This document shows positions 1 to 12,851 of a stretch of 64,000 nt of DNA, one piece after another. How positions within the stretch are numbered: the first letter of the stretch is position 1; every line of letters begins with the position of its first letter. The notes beneath the pieces were generated by a model. It saw only the letters and a program-made list of their open reading frames with translations. It ran no database searches and was not told the origin of the DNA. The translations under genes and the position numbers were made by a program. The stretch covers positions 13,144,001 through 13,208,000 of the forward strand of contig OX597819.1 in the NCBI GenBank assembly GCA_951406725.2, written 5' to 3'. Source of the stretch: Octopus vulgaris (taxonomy: Eukaryota).

Positions 1-183
1 TAACTGGGCCCACCTGCAAGGTCATGTGCTGTTTTTCTTGATATGAGATCACCATGTCGTGCACATATGGTTGTGATGCATGTGCCTAGTGTACCCTTAT
101 CAGACGGGCAGTACCCTTATCAGACTGGACTTCGTATATTTTACCCCAGTGTCACTTTGATGGTATGCACTACTCTCTCACTC

Positions 184-185
<2 letters not shown>
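1..185 (+). mobile_element. 3' end of dispersed retroelement family D, ending in an (AAT)n tail
   Basis: Same sequence recurs at 33959-34399 (-) and 54474-54747 (+). All end ...ctctctcactca followed by (AAT)n. Confidence 0.75.
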
Positions 186-216
<31 letters not shown>

Positions 217-1192
217 TATTATTATTATTGTTATTATTGTTAGGTGGTGAGTAGGCAGAATTGTTAACATGTTAGAAAAATATTTTATGATGATTTTTCC
301 AACTCCTAACATTCTGAGTTCCAGTTCCTTCAAGGTCAACTTTACCTTTCATCCTTTCAGAGCTGATAGAATAAAGTACCAGTCAAGTACAAGGGTCGAT
401 GGAATCGACTTGTTCCCTCTCCTTCAAATTCGTAACCTTCTACCAAAATTAGAAACAATTATTATTATCATCATTACGGCAGGAAGCAGGCAAAATTGTT
501 AGCGTGTTGGAGAAAATGCTTAACAGTATCTATTCTAGTGTTATGTTCTTAATTCAAATGTCACTTCACTGAGGTAGACTTGGCCTTTCTCTCTTTCTGG
601 GTTGATAAAAGAAATACCAGTCAACTACTGAGGTTGATTTACTGCTATCTCCCCCAAATGTCAGCCCTATTGTTATTATTATTAATAGATTGTTAATGAT
701 GTAACGAAAGATGGGCTCATCTTTTTCATTGTTGTTTAACTCCTCCACTCCATCCATCTATGGTGAAACCCAGTCTACAACACAACACTAGCTAATCAAT
801 CATTGCAACTGAACCACTACATCTCCTGTCCCGGTTGAAGGATCTTGTGAGTTACACGGTGACCCTTCTAATGTTGGTGCCACTTAAAAAGCATCACGGC
901 ACTGTGAAGGGGTTGGTGTTAGGAAGGCTGTCCAGCCATAGAAACTGTATCAACACAGAGATTGAAACTTGGTACTGGCATAATTTCAAATAGATTTGGC
1001 TGTTATTTCTAAGCTGGTTGACCTACCTTGTAGCAGCTCTGTCATTTGTCTGCAGTATATATCCAAGGTAGAAGATCCAGGTGGCTTTCTAAACATTTAA
1101 CTGGTTGCCTGTGTGTAGGTGTACACCACTACCACCACCACCACCATGGTAACAATAGCTGACTATTTTATAGTCTAGACCAGAGCATAGTC

Positions 1193-1477
1193 ATTGAGTA
1201 ACCACCACAAGGTATTGTCATTCAGTTGACCAACTGATCAGCAGTTTCTCACCATTAACAAAAATGTCCTCACTGACTTGACATGGAAAGAACCGGAACA
1301 CCTCCCCACCCTGTATCCCTTGCTTGTAGAGTCACACTGTACTTTCATTATTACAAGCCTCATTAAACAACAGTCAGTAATACATCATCATCGTCATCAG
1401 CATAAATTGATGAGACTACTACTACTACTGCTATTATTATTATTATTATTATTGTTATTATTATTATTATTATTACT

Positions 1478-1508
<31 letters not shown>

Positions 1509-3226
1509 TTATTATTATTATTATAATTATTATTATTATTATTAACAACAACAACACAGCTGTAAAATGTCTCTTCAAACAAATCCCTGCCACTTCAAGT
1601 GGGGGGCTAATCAGTTTATTTCAACTGTTAATCCCTAGAAATAACATCCAAAACACGAATGGATTTGTTAAAGAAACAAAAAGCAAACAAGAGACTGTTT
1701 GATAAGAGTTTGAGTCATTTTTTTATATTGCAATTTGGGAATAATAACAACATTAAAAGCATGTTCTTGAATGGATCGTCACTGGTTAATTAGATTTTCG
1801 ATGGTAAGAGTGGTAGGGAAGGCTCTCAAATTGGTGTATTTCAAGAGACACTATTCCAAATCCATTGGTCTTTATGCCAAACTTGTACATCTCACCTGTA
1901 CATCACTTGTACATCTCACCTGTCTTCTGTTTTTTGGGTTTTGTATGTTTGGACCATATGAGGGCTGATAAATAAGTATTCAGACTGTTGCTATAGTAAC
2001 GAAGCTAAAGCACAGAGTGAAGCCACTCATCACAGATTGACCTTGACCTCTGATGTGCATGTGCACTAAATTTTAACATTCTAGCTCACTTCTGCTGTTA
2101 ACAGCAATTCTCAGAAGGAATGTGTGTAGCTTGTGATTGTTGCACTGACCACGACAGAGAAAGCTGTCATGGTGATACCTGCTCAGTGGCCTATGCAAAG
2201 TTGCAGAAAGTATATTGAGAGGAGTGTATGAACTGCACACAAGTATATGAGTGGTTCAGATGTTTCCAAGTTGGCTGAAAAATTGTCAATAGTGACAAGT
2301 GTTCTGGGAGATCCACAACCAGCAGGACTGAGAACAACATTGCAGCTGTGAGGGGAAAATCATCGAATCACCATCCATGAGTTATCAGAGGATATGCAGA
2401 TTAGTTACGGTTCAGGTCAGTCCATTATCACTGAAGATTTGGGTATGAGGTGCGTGTCTGCCAAGTTTGTGCCAAAACTGCTTTCAGCTGACCAAAAAGA
2501 CACTTGGGTTTCAATTGCACAAAATCTCCTATATTGTGTCAAGAACAAGAAAAACTTTTTGGAAACTTTACATAGGCCTCTGAGCAGGTATCGCTAAGCT
2601 TTTGACAAAATTTGATGCAGATTCTCTGCTCAACTTTCTCTGTCGTAGTCAATGCGACAATCACACGCTACACACCTTCCTTTCAAGCACTGCTGTAAAC
2701 AGCAGAAGTGAGCTAGAATGTTAAAACTTGGGCCATATGCACAGCAGAGTTTAAGGTCAGTCTGTGCTAAGTGGCTTCACTCTGCATGCTTTAGTATTGC
2801 AACTATGGCAACAGTCCGGATACTTATTGATCAGCCCTCACATGCATGCGCGTGTGTGTGTGTGTGTGAAAACAAAAAAAAACAGTGCTTTGGAAATGCT
2901 GGAATTCAAGACACTTCCCCCATCACTTTCACCCTCGAAAATCTAATTAACAGGTGGTAGTCCATTCAAGAACATGCATTAAATGTTGTTATTATTTCCA
3001 AATTGCAATATAAAAATAAATTAGATAAATCTAATGTTGTGTCTGGTCAAACTGTTATCAAAGCATCATCTTGTTTACTTTTGTTTCTTTGACAAATCCA
3101 TTTTGTGTTTTGAAAGAATGTTATTTCTAGGGATTAACAGTTGAAATAAACTGATCAGCCCCACTTGAAGTGGCAGGGGTTTGTTTGAAGAGACATTTTA
3201 CAGCTGTGTTAATAGTAGTAGTAATG

Positions 3227-3261
<35 letters not shown>

Positions 3262-3501
3262 CTCATCAGTTTATGCTGATGATGATGATGATGTTGTATT
3301 ACTGGCTGTTGTTTAACGAGGCTTGTCATAATGATGTTAATGAAAGCACAGTCTGATTCTACTAGAAAGGGGTATGGATGGAGTGGGGGTAGGCATCCTG
3401 GTTCTTTCCATGTCAAGTCACTGAGGACATTCCTGCCATTGATGAGAAATTGCTTATCAACTGGTGAGGTGAATGAAAATACCTTGTGGTGTTTACTCTA
3501 T
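1193..3501. repeat. Long diverged inverted repeat (arms ~1193-1822 and ~2912-3501)
   Basis: The arms are reverse complements. For example, cagctgtaaaatgtctcttcaaacaaatccctgccacttcaagtgggg pairs with ccccacttgaagtggcaggggtttgtttgaagagacattttacagctg. The ORF track also shows mirrored MTWKEP... ORFs. Confidence 0.9.
1959..2840 (+). mobile_element. Internally deleted mariner with very long (~250-290 bp) inverted termini
   Basis: TA|TGAGGGCTGATAAATAAGTAT ... ATACTTATTGATCAGCCCTCA|CA. Interior encodes degraded mariner HTH/linker (QVYEWFRCF, ITIHELSEDMQISYGS, SAKFVPKLLS). No catalytic domain. Confidence 0.9.
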
Positions 3502-3603
3502 CCGAGATGCTTGGACATTCTTTTGTCACTCTCACCATTGGGAGTGTACTGCATCAGTATTTGACTACTTGGAAGCCTCCAACCAAAGACACTATTACCT
3601 TTT

Positions 3604-3819
3604 TACTCTTTTACTTGTTTCAGTCATTTGACTGCGGCCATGCTGGAGCACCGCCTTTAATCGAGGAACTCGACCCCAGGACTTATTCTTTTGTAAGCCC
3701 AGTACTTATTCTATCGGTCTCTTTTGCCGAACCGCTAAGTAACGGGGACATAAACACACCAGCATCGGTTGTCAAGCAATGCTAGGGGGACAAACACACT
3801 CACACAAACACACACACAC

Positions 3820-3854
<35 letters not shown>

Positions 3855-4030
3855 CATACATACATATATACGACGGGCTTCTTTCAGTTTTCTTCTACCA
3901 AATCCACTCACAAGGCTTTGGTCGGCCCGAGGCTATAGTAGAAGACACTTGCCCAAAGTGCCACGCAGTGGGACTGAACCTGGAACCATGTGGTTGGTAA
4001 ACAAGCTACTTACCACACAGCCACTCCTGT
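3604..4030 (-). mobile_element. SINE family A (tRNA head, CORE-like cttgggcaagtgtctt, internal (TA)/(TG) tract, (GTAAAAGA)n tail)
   Basis: Near-identical to more than 12 other copies in the window. A-box-like TGGCTGTGTGG and B-box-like GTTCAGTCC. An internally deleted copy follows at ~4115-4328. Confidence 0.9.
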
Positions 4031-4647
4031 TTACACAAATGCATTATACCCCCCCCCACACACACAAGGAAAACGAAAAAGAAAGAAAAACTAGTAATTT
4101 ATAACATTCTTTTATTATTTGTTTCAGTCATTTGACTGTGGCCATGCTGGAGCACCACCTTTAGTCAACACACACACACACACACACACACACATGATGG
4201 GTTTCTTTCAGTTTCCGTCTACCAAATCCACTCACCAGACATTTTGCCCAAGGTGCCACGCAGTGGGACTGAACCCGGAACCATGTGGTTCGTAAGCAAG
4301 CTACTTACCACACAGCCACTCCTGTGCCCTAATAGTATAATAAAAAATGTTTGAAAAAATGTATTTCGGTAGAGGCATAATCTTTCTAATGCATCTCAGC
4401 TGCAGCAGAAACTGGCAAACGAGTCAGGGAGATGAAAGAATAACCTGATGATAACAAGAACTAAAGAGAGGAGTCAGTTTATTTGTTTATTAGATAACAA
4501 AGAAACGTGACTCTACCAAAACACAACACTCTTTCTTTCTCTTGTTTCAACACACGATTTCAGATAAAAATCTTTTGCTAGAAATTTATAAATATTTAAA
4601 AATTATATATATTATTAGTATCACTATGTATAAAAGAAAATCTTCTT

Positions 4648-4649
<2 letters not shown>

Positions 4650-4710
<61 letters not shown>

Positions 4711-4749
4711 TCATCATCATTGTCATCATTCAATGTCCATTTCCCATGC

Positions 4750-4783
<34 letters not shown>

Positions 4784-4835
4784 GACACACACATATACAT
4801 ATGTGTGTATATATATATATATACATGTATATATA

Positions 4836-4869
<34 letters not shown>

Positions 4870-4981
4870 CACACACACACGTATATATATGTGTGTATAT
4901 ATATACACATGTATATATGTGTATATATACATATATATTTGTGTATATATATATATGTATATGTAAAAATATGTATATGTG

Positions 4982-5040
<59 letters not shown>

Positions 5041-5150
5041 GTGTGTGTTTATATATATGTGTGTGTGTAAATATATGTATATATATATATATATATATGT
5101 TTGTGTATATATGTATGTATATATCTGTATATGTGTATAGTGTGTGTGGT
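4650..5150. repeat. Compound (TA)n/(TG)n/(CA)n microsatellite
   Basis: Directly visible. Confidence 0.95.
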
Positions 5151-5537
5151 AGTTATGTAAATTTGTGCATACAGTTTTCTGAATTTATCTTTTCCTTGTT
5201 GATCATGAAGGTTAGTTAATAATTAACCAGCCTTTTAATTACTCCTTTTATGGTTTGTTTGGTTATACTACCAACAACCTTCACATGCTGTACTGTTTTA
5301 CACCCACACAAACACATACAGTATTTTATTTCTCCAATCTGTTATGATTAAATGACTGCTGGTGCTATCATGAAATATGCTTTACATAACAACTAAATTG
5401 TTATCCAATTGTTATTGACTTGATGTTTGATTGGTCATCTGCACATGATGAAACAATTGTAATCCATAGAATAAATGTTAAGCCATAAACTACACTCTTC
5501 ATTTATTATTATTATTATTATCATTATTATTATTATT

Positions 5538-5753
5538 AAGGTGGTGAGCTGGCAGAAATCTTAGCACACCAGGCGAAATGTTTTGCTGTATTTCGTCTGT
5601 CTTTACATTCTGAATTCAAATTTTGCTGAGGTCAACTTTACCTTTCATCCTTTCAGGGTCAATAAATTAAGTACCAGTTATGTACTGGGGTCAAGCTAAT
5701 CGACTGGCACCCCCTCCCCAAAAATTTTGGGCTTTGTGCCTAGAGTAGAAAAG

Positions 5754-5755
<2 letters not shown>
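5538..5755 (+). mobile_element. SINE family B (variant tail gcctagagtagaaaaga) embedded in (TTA)n
   Basis: Head aaggtggtgagctggcagaa..gaattcaaatt and central tttcatcctttcagggtcaataaattaagtacc, shared with about 20 copies. Confidence 0.85.
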
Positions 5756-5807
<52 letters not shown>

Positions 5808-6619
5808 GATGATGATGATGATTATTATACTCAGACACACACCACAAAAATGTTTTGTGTCAACTTAGAATTTGTGAACCTTAAATTCTGACACTTGGAA
5901 ATGTGGCCCCGCCGTTTCTCTCACCTAGGTCATAGTCCTGTCAAATATATTTCAGTTGTGAATCTACAGAAATCTAAAAGGCTCTGCTGATCCCTTCTTA
6001 ATTAGGTTGTCTCTGACGATTTATAGTTTGTTTCGATTATTGAGCAGACACATGATCTAAGGTGTATATGACATGGCCAGCCTGTCTTTTAACCCCAGGA
6101 AAGGTGCAGATGTTAAAAAGAAAAGCTCTATATTAAATGATAACACTGAATGAAGGGGAATGAGGTTAAAAGCCTTTTTAATCTTTCTTAATCTTGCAAT
6201 ATCTCATCTTAGAAACGTAGCAGTCAGGTGTTACTCTCATTTGTGTTGTTCCCTATCATCTACAACAACTGTAAAATTGTTCAGGTCACTTTTGATGGGG
6301 TTACTTTTGTGAATTGAGCACTTCAGCATTATCTGGAGGAGATTAAAGTTTCCTCATACTCTCCCCCTTAACGTTTTACTTCCCTTTCCCCTATCCGTCT
6401 GATCTCTTGGGCAGCTGCATCGAGGTTTGTAACAAACCACTAAGTAATCTTTCATAGTCACTTGTCCTGAGAAAAAAAAGAAATACTAACCAAACCGCTT
6501 CATCATATCCTACTTTTCTTACAAAAGGAAGGAAATATCGGTGGTTCTAATTGTAGATACACTGTGACTGATAAAAAAAAAAGGCGTGTGTATGCATAGG
6601 TGGGGAGGTTATGAGTTAA

Positions 6620-6828
6620 CCCTTTACAATTCAGATCATTTTATCAAATGAAATGCTTATTTATTCACACTGCTTCGATATAATCATGTATTATTGCGTA
6701 GCTTTGGGATTTTAAAGATGTAGCTTTTCATTTTGTAGGGCAGGTGTGAGAGGCTAGATCTGGCCAGTTTGGACATAAAACAGGCAAAATATTTGGGGCC
6801 AGATATGGTTAGTTTAAATGCTAAAGGG
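6620..6828. mobile_element. TTAA-flanked MITE family G (piggyBac-like ends)
   Basis: TTAA|CCCTTTA...TAAAGGG|TTAA. Further copies at 61328-61548 and 63865-end, with partials at ~41275-41430 and ~56555-56750. Confidence 0.75.
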
Positions 6829-7232
6829 TTAAATGCCTTTGAAGATAAGGGTCATGGATCAGGGTTGACTTGGAGACCCATGGCAGGTTCTAATTATCTA
6901 ATGAAAAATATACCAGAATTTTAAGATAGTTTCATTACCATTTGAGCTACAAACAAATATTTGGGAATCTCTTTTATGTTGGAAGAAGTTTCTGTGTATT
7001 TATTCATCTTTCATTAGACTTTAAATAACTTTTATTTAATGATGACAGACAAGTGTTTTCTTAATTCCCATTCTGGTGGATTATATTTCATTATCTCATT
7101 TAAAAACTTTGGAAATCTATAGAATACTGCAATTCTACATACCATACATATAATTTAATTACAACACCATATATCACACATTTTATGCTGTTATTTTTCA
7201 GTGTGTAGAAAAAAACAAAAAAACATGAATGT

Positions 7233-7627
7233 AGGCACAGGAGTGGCTGTGTGGTAAGTAGCTTGCTAACCAACCACATGGTTCCGGGTTCAGTCCCACT
7301 GCGTGGCATCTTGGGCAAGTGTCTTCTGCTATAGCCCTGGGCCGACCAATGCCTTGTGAGTGGATTTGGTAGACGGAAACTGAAAGAAGCCTGTCGTATA
7401 TATGTATATATATGTATGTGTGTGTGTTTGTGTGTCCCCTAGCATTGCTTGACAACCAATGCTGGTGTGTTTACGTCCCCGTCACTTAGTGGTTCGGCAA
7501 AAGAGACCGATAGAATAAGTACTGGGCTTACGAAGAGTAAGTCCCGGGGTCGATTTGCTCGACTAAAGGCGGTGCTCCAGCATGGCTGCAGTCAAAATGA
7601 CTGAAACAAGTAAAAGAGTAAAGAGTA
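7233..7627 (+). mobile_element. SINE family A, full length
   Basis: ggcacaggagtggctgtgtggtaag ... gtaaaagagtaaagagta. Confidence 0.9.
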
Positions 7628-7837
7628 ATTTATTCTTGACTTTTACTGAGTTTCCATTTCTATGGAAAATTTTTCTTTTAGTAAGCTTATTGGTTGTGAA
7701 CCAAATTTAATTGGTTTAAAAGTGAATAAAATTTATATAAAGGATAACAAAATTAGATTTCAGCATGGAAGGTGTTTATAAGCCATTTAAGAAACACACA
7801 CAAAATCCGTTAGATTCACTTCAACATTTAAATTTAA

Positions 7838-7888
7838 TTTGCTAAAATATTTTCGTCACTTTGAGACCGTGACCTGTTCACTGACAAA
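7838..7888 (-). ncRNA. Minimal type-I hammerhead-like motif, G3-C8 core variant (repeat family F, ~7762-7890)
   Basis: Minus strand reads tttgtca GTGAACA g GTCAC ggtctcaaa GTGAC GAA A atat T T tagcaaa. Stem II is perfect, stem III is the palindrome AATATT, and stem I has one mismatch. Confidence 0.6.
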
Positions 7889-7952
7889 ATTCCGTGCTGT
7901 ATCATGGAATTAGATTGTTTTGTGATTATGATCATGATAATAATAATAATAT

Positions 7953-8141
7953 GCCTGAAATTTGGGGGAGGAGATAGTCAATTACATCGACCCCAGTACT
8001 CACCTGGTACTTATTTTATTGACACTGAAAGGATGAAAGGTAAAATCAACCTTGATGGAATTTGAACTCAGAACATAAAGATGGATGAAATGCTGCTAAC
8101 CACTTTGTTCAGTGTGCTAAGAATTCTGCCAGCTTGCCCCC

Positions 8142-8179
<38 letters not shown>

Positions 8180-8388
8180 CCTTTCTACTATAGGCACAAG
8201 GCCTGGATTTTTGTGGGGAGGGGGACAATCGATCACATTGACACCAGTACTTGACTCGTACTTAATTTATCGACCCACTAAAGGATGAAAATTGACCTCG
8301 GTGGAATTTGAACTCAGAACTTAGCAGCAGACGAAATACCGCTAAGCATTTTGCCTGGCATGCTAATGATTCTGCCAGCTCGCCACCT
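7953..8388 (-). mobile_element. Two SINE family B copies separated and flanked by (AAT)n
   Basis: Copies at ~7953-8142 and ~8180-8388 match the family B body. Confidence 0.8.
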
Positions 8389-8390
8389 TC

Positions 8391-8419
<29 letters not shown>

Positions 8420-8434
<15 letters not shown>

Positions 8435-9330
8435 TGATGAGCTTATTGTATGCAGTGTTCAGGTGCACCACAACTCATTACAAAAGGTTAAAAGAGGAAA
8501 CAGAAAGCAGACATAAGTAACAAAAGACAGTGATGAAAGCTAGAAATACCTGCACATTACACAGAATAGGGAACATTAAAACAGTCTTAAAGAGGAAAGG
8601 GTGCTTAAGTTTGTCAGGAATAAAGTTGGTGAATTTCAGGAAGCATGGAATCTTTGAAGGATGCAATGTCCTGACAACTAACAACTGATGTGGGTAGTTT
8701 GTTCTATGGTTTATTAATTCTAAGTGTGAAAAAATGTCTCTGAAAGTCTTGGGTGTTGTGCTGTTTTTTGTTAATTTTATACACCTGTGCAAGAGTGGTA
8801 GAGCTGTTGAATTCAAAATGATGGCCAAAGCTGTTATTGGAAAGATGGTGGATAATCCTTGTGTGCTTCTTCCAAGTCAGTTGCTCAATGCTGAAACTTT
8901 AATGTATTTGATGCCCAGAGAAGCAATACGTTCAGGGTATGGTGACTGACAGAAGATATTTGTCTGGTTGCACATCTCTGAACAGCTTCAAGTTTATTGA
9001 TATTGTGGACATGATGGGAGCAAGATAGGGGTTCCAGAGAAAAAATGCAATTTGTGTAGACATATCGTAGTGTCAAATATAACTTTAAATAGACAGCTGT
9101 TGGTTAGTAGTTGATAAAGATCTTAGTGATGCTGAGACACCTTGGGCATTTTTAATGATTTTAGAAATGTGGAATCTTCAAAACAGATCATTGTTGACAA
9201 TAATTCCTGGGTCACTTTCACCAGCAGATTTCTTGCAGTAACAGTTTTACTCAATTTTGATTCCAAGCAACGGACATTTCAGTTTGTTTCCAAAACCATG
9301 TCTTTGAGAAAAGTATGAATTCCATCATTT
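8420..9330 (-). mobile_element. Degraded CR1/L2-clade LINE 3' fragment
   Basis: Minus-strand peptides INKLEAVQRCATRQI and ..LRINKP*NKLP match CR1-type ORF2 C-terminal motifs (LE.VQRRAT, WN.LP). Many stops and frameshifts. Confidence 0.75.
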
Positions 9331-9756
9331 TCTCTCCTGTATATTTGTAACCTTTTTATCAGTTTAAGACAATTTTGTATTTCATGTTGTAACTGAGAAA
9401 GAAGCTGTGAGGAAGATGACTTTGAGAATAGATTTCAAATTTCATTTGTTGTTATTTTGTGTCTCTTTGCATTCACAATGTCTTTGGGAAAGGCATGATT
9501 GTCTCACAATTCCATTTCATCTTTCTATAAACAGAAAGCTTTATGCTTAAATTAGTATTCCTTCTAGTCTTAGAATATTCATTCAATGAAATTCTGTAGA
9601 GTTTAACTAGATTATTGATATACATCCAAGTTCAATTTAGGCAGGAGGTTAAGTTTGCTTCCATATTCCTCAGGGTTGATAAAATAAATAACACCAGTAA
9701 AATATTGTTGTCAATTTTGACCACCTGTATTTATTTATTTATTTCACTTTAGTATA

Positions 9757-10170
9757 GGCACAGGAGTGGCTGTATGGTAAGTAGCTTGCTTACCAACCAC
9801 ATGGTTCTGGGTTCAGTCCCACTGCGCCTTGGGCAAGTGTCTTCTACTATAGCCTCGGGCCGACCAAAGCCTTGTGAGTGGATTTGGTAGACGGAAACTG
9901 AAAGAAGCCTGTCGTATATATGTGTATATATGTATGTGTGTGTATATGCTTGTGTGTCTGTGTTTGTCTTGCCCATCATCACTTGACAACCGATGCTGGT
10001 GTGTTTACATCCCAGTAACTTAGCGATCAGGTAAAGGAGACCGATAGAATAAGTACTAGGCTTACAAAGAATAAGTCCTGGGGTCGATTTGCTCGACTGA
10101 GGGTGGTGCTCCAGCATGGCCACAGTCAAATAACTGAAACAAATAAGAGAGAGTAAGAGTAAAGAGAGTA
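9757..10170 (+). mobile_element. SINE family A
   Basis: Matches the family A consensus. Confidence 0.9.
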
Positions 10171-11291
10171 TTGGTCAAATTTTTTCAGGTTCATAATTCC
10201 CTTTTTCCTGAATGAAAAGCCATTCCTGAAACCCCAGTTTTGCTTCTCTCCTTGGCATATGAACTTAACCAAACATCACTGTTTACTTTCTGCCAGTGCC
10301 CCCACCCCCAACCATCAGTTTTCTTGGAGAATGATTTCTTATGGATGTCTTGTAGTTGTTTTAATGTTGACACTGTCTGAGTGTAAGCTTGGCCAAGGTG
10401 ACACCAATCTAGCAATGACATAAACGAAGTACACTCACATATTCAAGCACACCTACTTTTGATGTTTTCAGATAACGAAGTATGTTTTGAGATATAAATG
10501 CCGTTGGAGCATGATTATTTTTTAGCCCCCACTAAACCCTGACAAATGAGCTAACTTATAATCTTGGGTCTTCATACTGTGTGACCACATCGTGTTTAAT
10601 CCATTGTTTATCTAGGACTGCATTATCTAATGTCTTAGACACAATATTATTTGTGGGTGATTTAACTGCTATTTCTAGCTGGTCAAACAACCACATAGAC
10701 ACTCCTTCATTGGTTTGTGTTGTTGCTGAAGTAATATCACTTGTTCCAAGCTATAATCCTTGTTACTAACAAGTCGGCTAGGTTTCTCAACAGTAATCTA
10801 ATCACCCTAATCCTTTGTTGACATGATATCACTTACCTGAAACATTCCCTCATGCCTAATCTTGTAGTATTTACTGTTTGTCAAACTGAGAATTCTTCCT
10901 AAACCCTTTCAGAATGTAACAACCAAAGTCTCAGCGATTTAGCGTTTGTTTGTATTTTAGTTGTCATTTTTGTGTCAATTCGAATTTAAACCATTTTTAT
11001 ACTCAATCATGTCGTTAAACTATATTTTCCATGCTTTAAGCCTTCAAATGTTTTTTCACAAAATATATTTAACTTCTAAGTAGGATCTACGAGATCTAGA
11101 GGAAATGCAAAGAACTTTAAGCTCTTTCCAACATCAAAAGTGATTTCTTTATTCAGGAACTACATAGGGGTTACGTAGGGGTTTACATGAGAAGTATGTT
11201 CAGTAATGCTGTGTTTAGTAGTGAAAGTTAGTTAATGGATGAGACCTGGAAGAATTAACTGAGCTTATATGAGTTAAGAGCTGCAGCAGCT

Positions 11292-11675
11292 CTTTTATCT
11301 TTTACTGGTTTCAGTCATCCGACTATGGCCATGCTGGAGCACCACTCTGAAGCGTTTTAGTCAAACAAATCGACCCCAGTACTTGATTTTTTTAAAGCCT
11401 GGTAATTATTTTATTGGTCTCTTTTTGCTGAACCTCTAAGTTATGAGGACGTAAACACACCAGCACCAGTTGTCAAACAGTGGTGGTGATGGGGAGATAA
11501 CACACACACACACACACACACATATGACAGGCTTCTTTTAGTTTCAGTCTACCAAATCCACTCACAAGGCTTTGGTCAGCCCGAGGCTATAGTAGAAGAT
11601 AGATGCTCAAGGTGCCATGCAGTGAGACTGAACTCAGATACATGTGGTTGGGTAGCAAACGTCTCACCACAGCCA
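11292..11675 (-). mobile_element. SINE family A, older copy
   Basis: Diverged match to family A. Confidence 0.8.
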
Positions 11676-11902
11676 TTTTGTTAAACTTTTGCAGATCAAA
11701 TCTCCCTAAAAGACTGCATAAATATACTCCAACCACCATTGACAGGAGAAAAATAGCGAGTCTGATCAGAGAATATTTGATCGAACTTCATAAAGATGAT
11801 TAGTGACTGTATATGGTGAATGGTGGCATGATGTCCAACCTATGGCTACATGTTGGAAGGTTTTTAATCTGAGGTTCCTTGAATTAGGGAACCTCGGATT
11901 AT

Positions 11903-12134
11903 AAGGCGGCGAGCTGGCAGAAACGTTAGCACGCCGGGCGAAAAGCTAAGTGGTATTTCGTCTGCCGTTACGTTCTGAGTTCAAATTCCGCCGAGGTCGA
12001 CTTTGCCTTTCATCCTTTCGGGGTCGATAAATTAAGTACCAGTTACGCACTGGGGTCAATATAATCAACTTAATCCGTTTATCTGTCTTTGTTCGTCTCC
12101 TCTGTGTTTAGCCCCTTATGGGTAGTAAAGAAAT
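11903..12134 (+). mobile_element. SINE family B, young full-length copy with 18-bp TSD
   Basis: CpG-rich copy. aggttccttgaattaggg is duplicated at 11872-11889 and 12135-12152. Confidence 0.9.
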
Positions 12135-12445
12135 AGGTTCCTTGAATTAGGGCTTTCTTGAAGCTAAACAACAACTATGGTATATTAAAATTAACACTTG
12201 TGCTTCAGTGGTACTTTATCAGACTCTGAAACAGTAAAAGACAGTTGACTTGGACATGATTTGAACTCTGAATGTAAGGGGCTGGAGCAAAACTACAAGG
12301 CATTTTGTCCAACACCGTAACAATTCTGCCAATCTGTTGTAGAGGTAAGAAATATTGGTTTCAAATTTTAGCACAATGCCTGCAATTTTAGAGGGAGTGG
12401 AGGTTAGCTATTTACATTGACCCCAGTACTTGACTCTTTTATTAT

Positions 12446-12851
12446 ACTCTTTTATTACTTGTTTCAGTCATTTGACTGCGGCCATGCTGGAGCACCGCCT
12501 TTAGTCGAGCAAATCGACCCCGGGACTTATTCTTTGTAAGCCCAGTACTTATTCTATCGGTCTCTTTTGCCAAACCGCTAAGTGATGGGGACGTAAACAC
12601 ACCAGCATCGGTTGTCAAGCAATGCTAGGGGGACAAACACATACACACAAACATATACACACACACTTATATATATATACATATATACGACAGGCTTCTT
12701 TGAGTTTCCGTCTACCAAATCCACTCACAAGGCATTGGTCGGCCCGGGGCTATAGCAGAAGACACTTGCCCAAGATGCCACGCAGTGGGACTGAACCCGG
12801 AACCATGTGGTTGGTAAGCAAGCTACTTACCACACAGTCACTCCTGTGCCT
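12446..12851 (-). mobile_element. SINE family A, full length
   Basis: Matches the family A consensus. Confidence 0.9.

Noticed and set aside
3486-4104. Recurrent ORFs such as MSSNARG..., ...RHLPKVPRSGTEPGTMWLV... and ...RLLLRSEFKFRRGRL...
   Set aside because: Incidental reading frames of SINE families A and B, repeated wherever the SINEs occur. They are not a gene family.
5171-5216. Possible small exon (catacag ... gaag|gttagt)
   Set aside because: Weak acceptor adjoining a microsatellite and no frame support.
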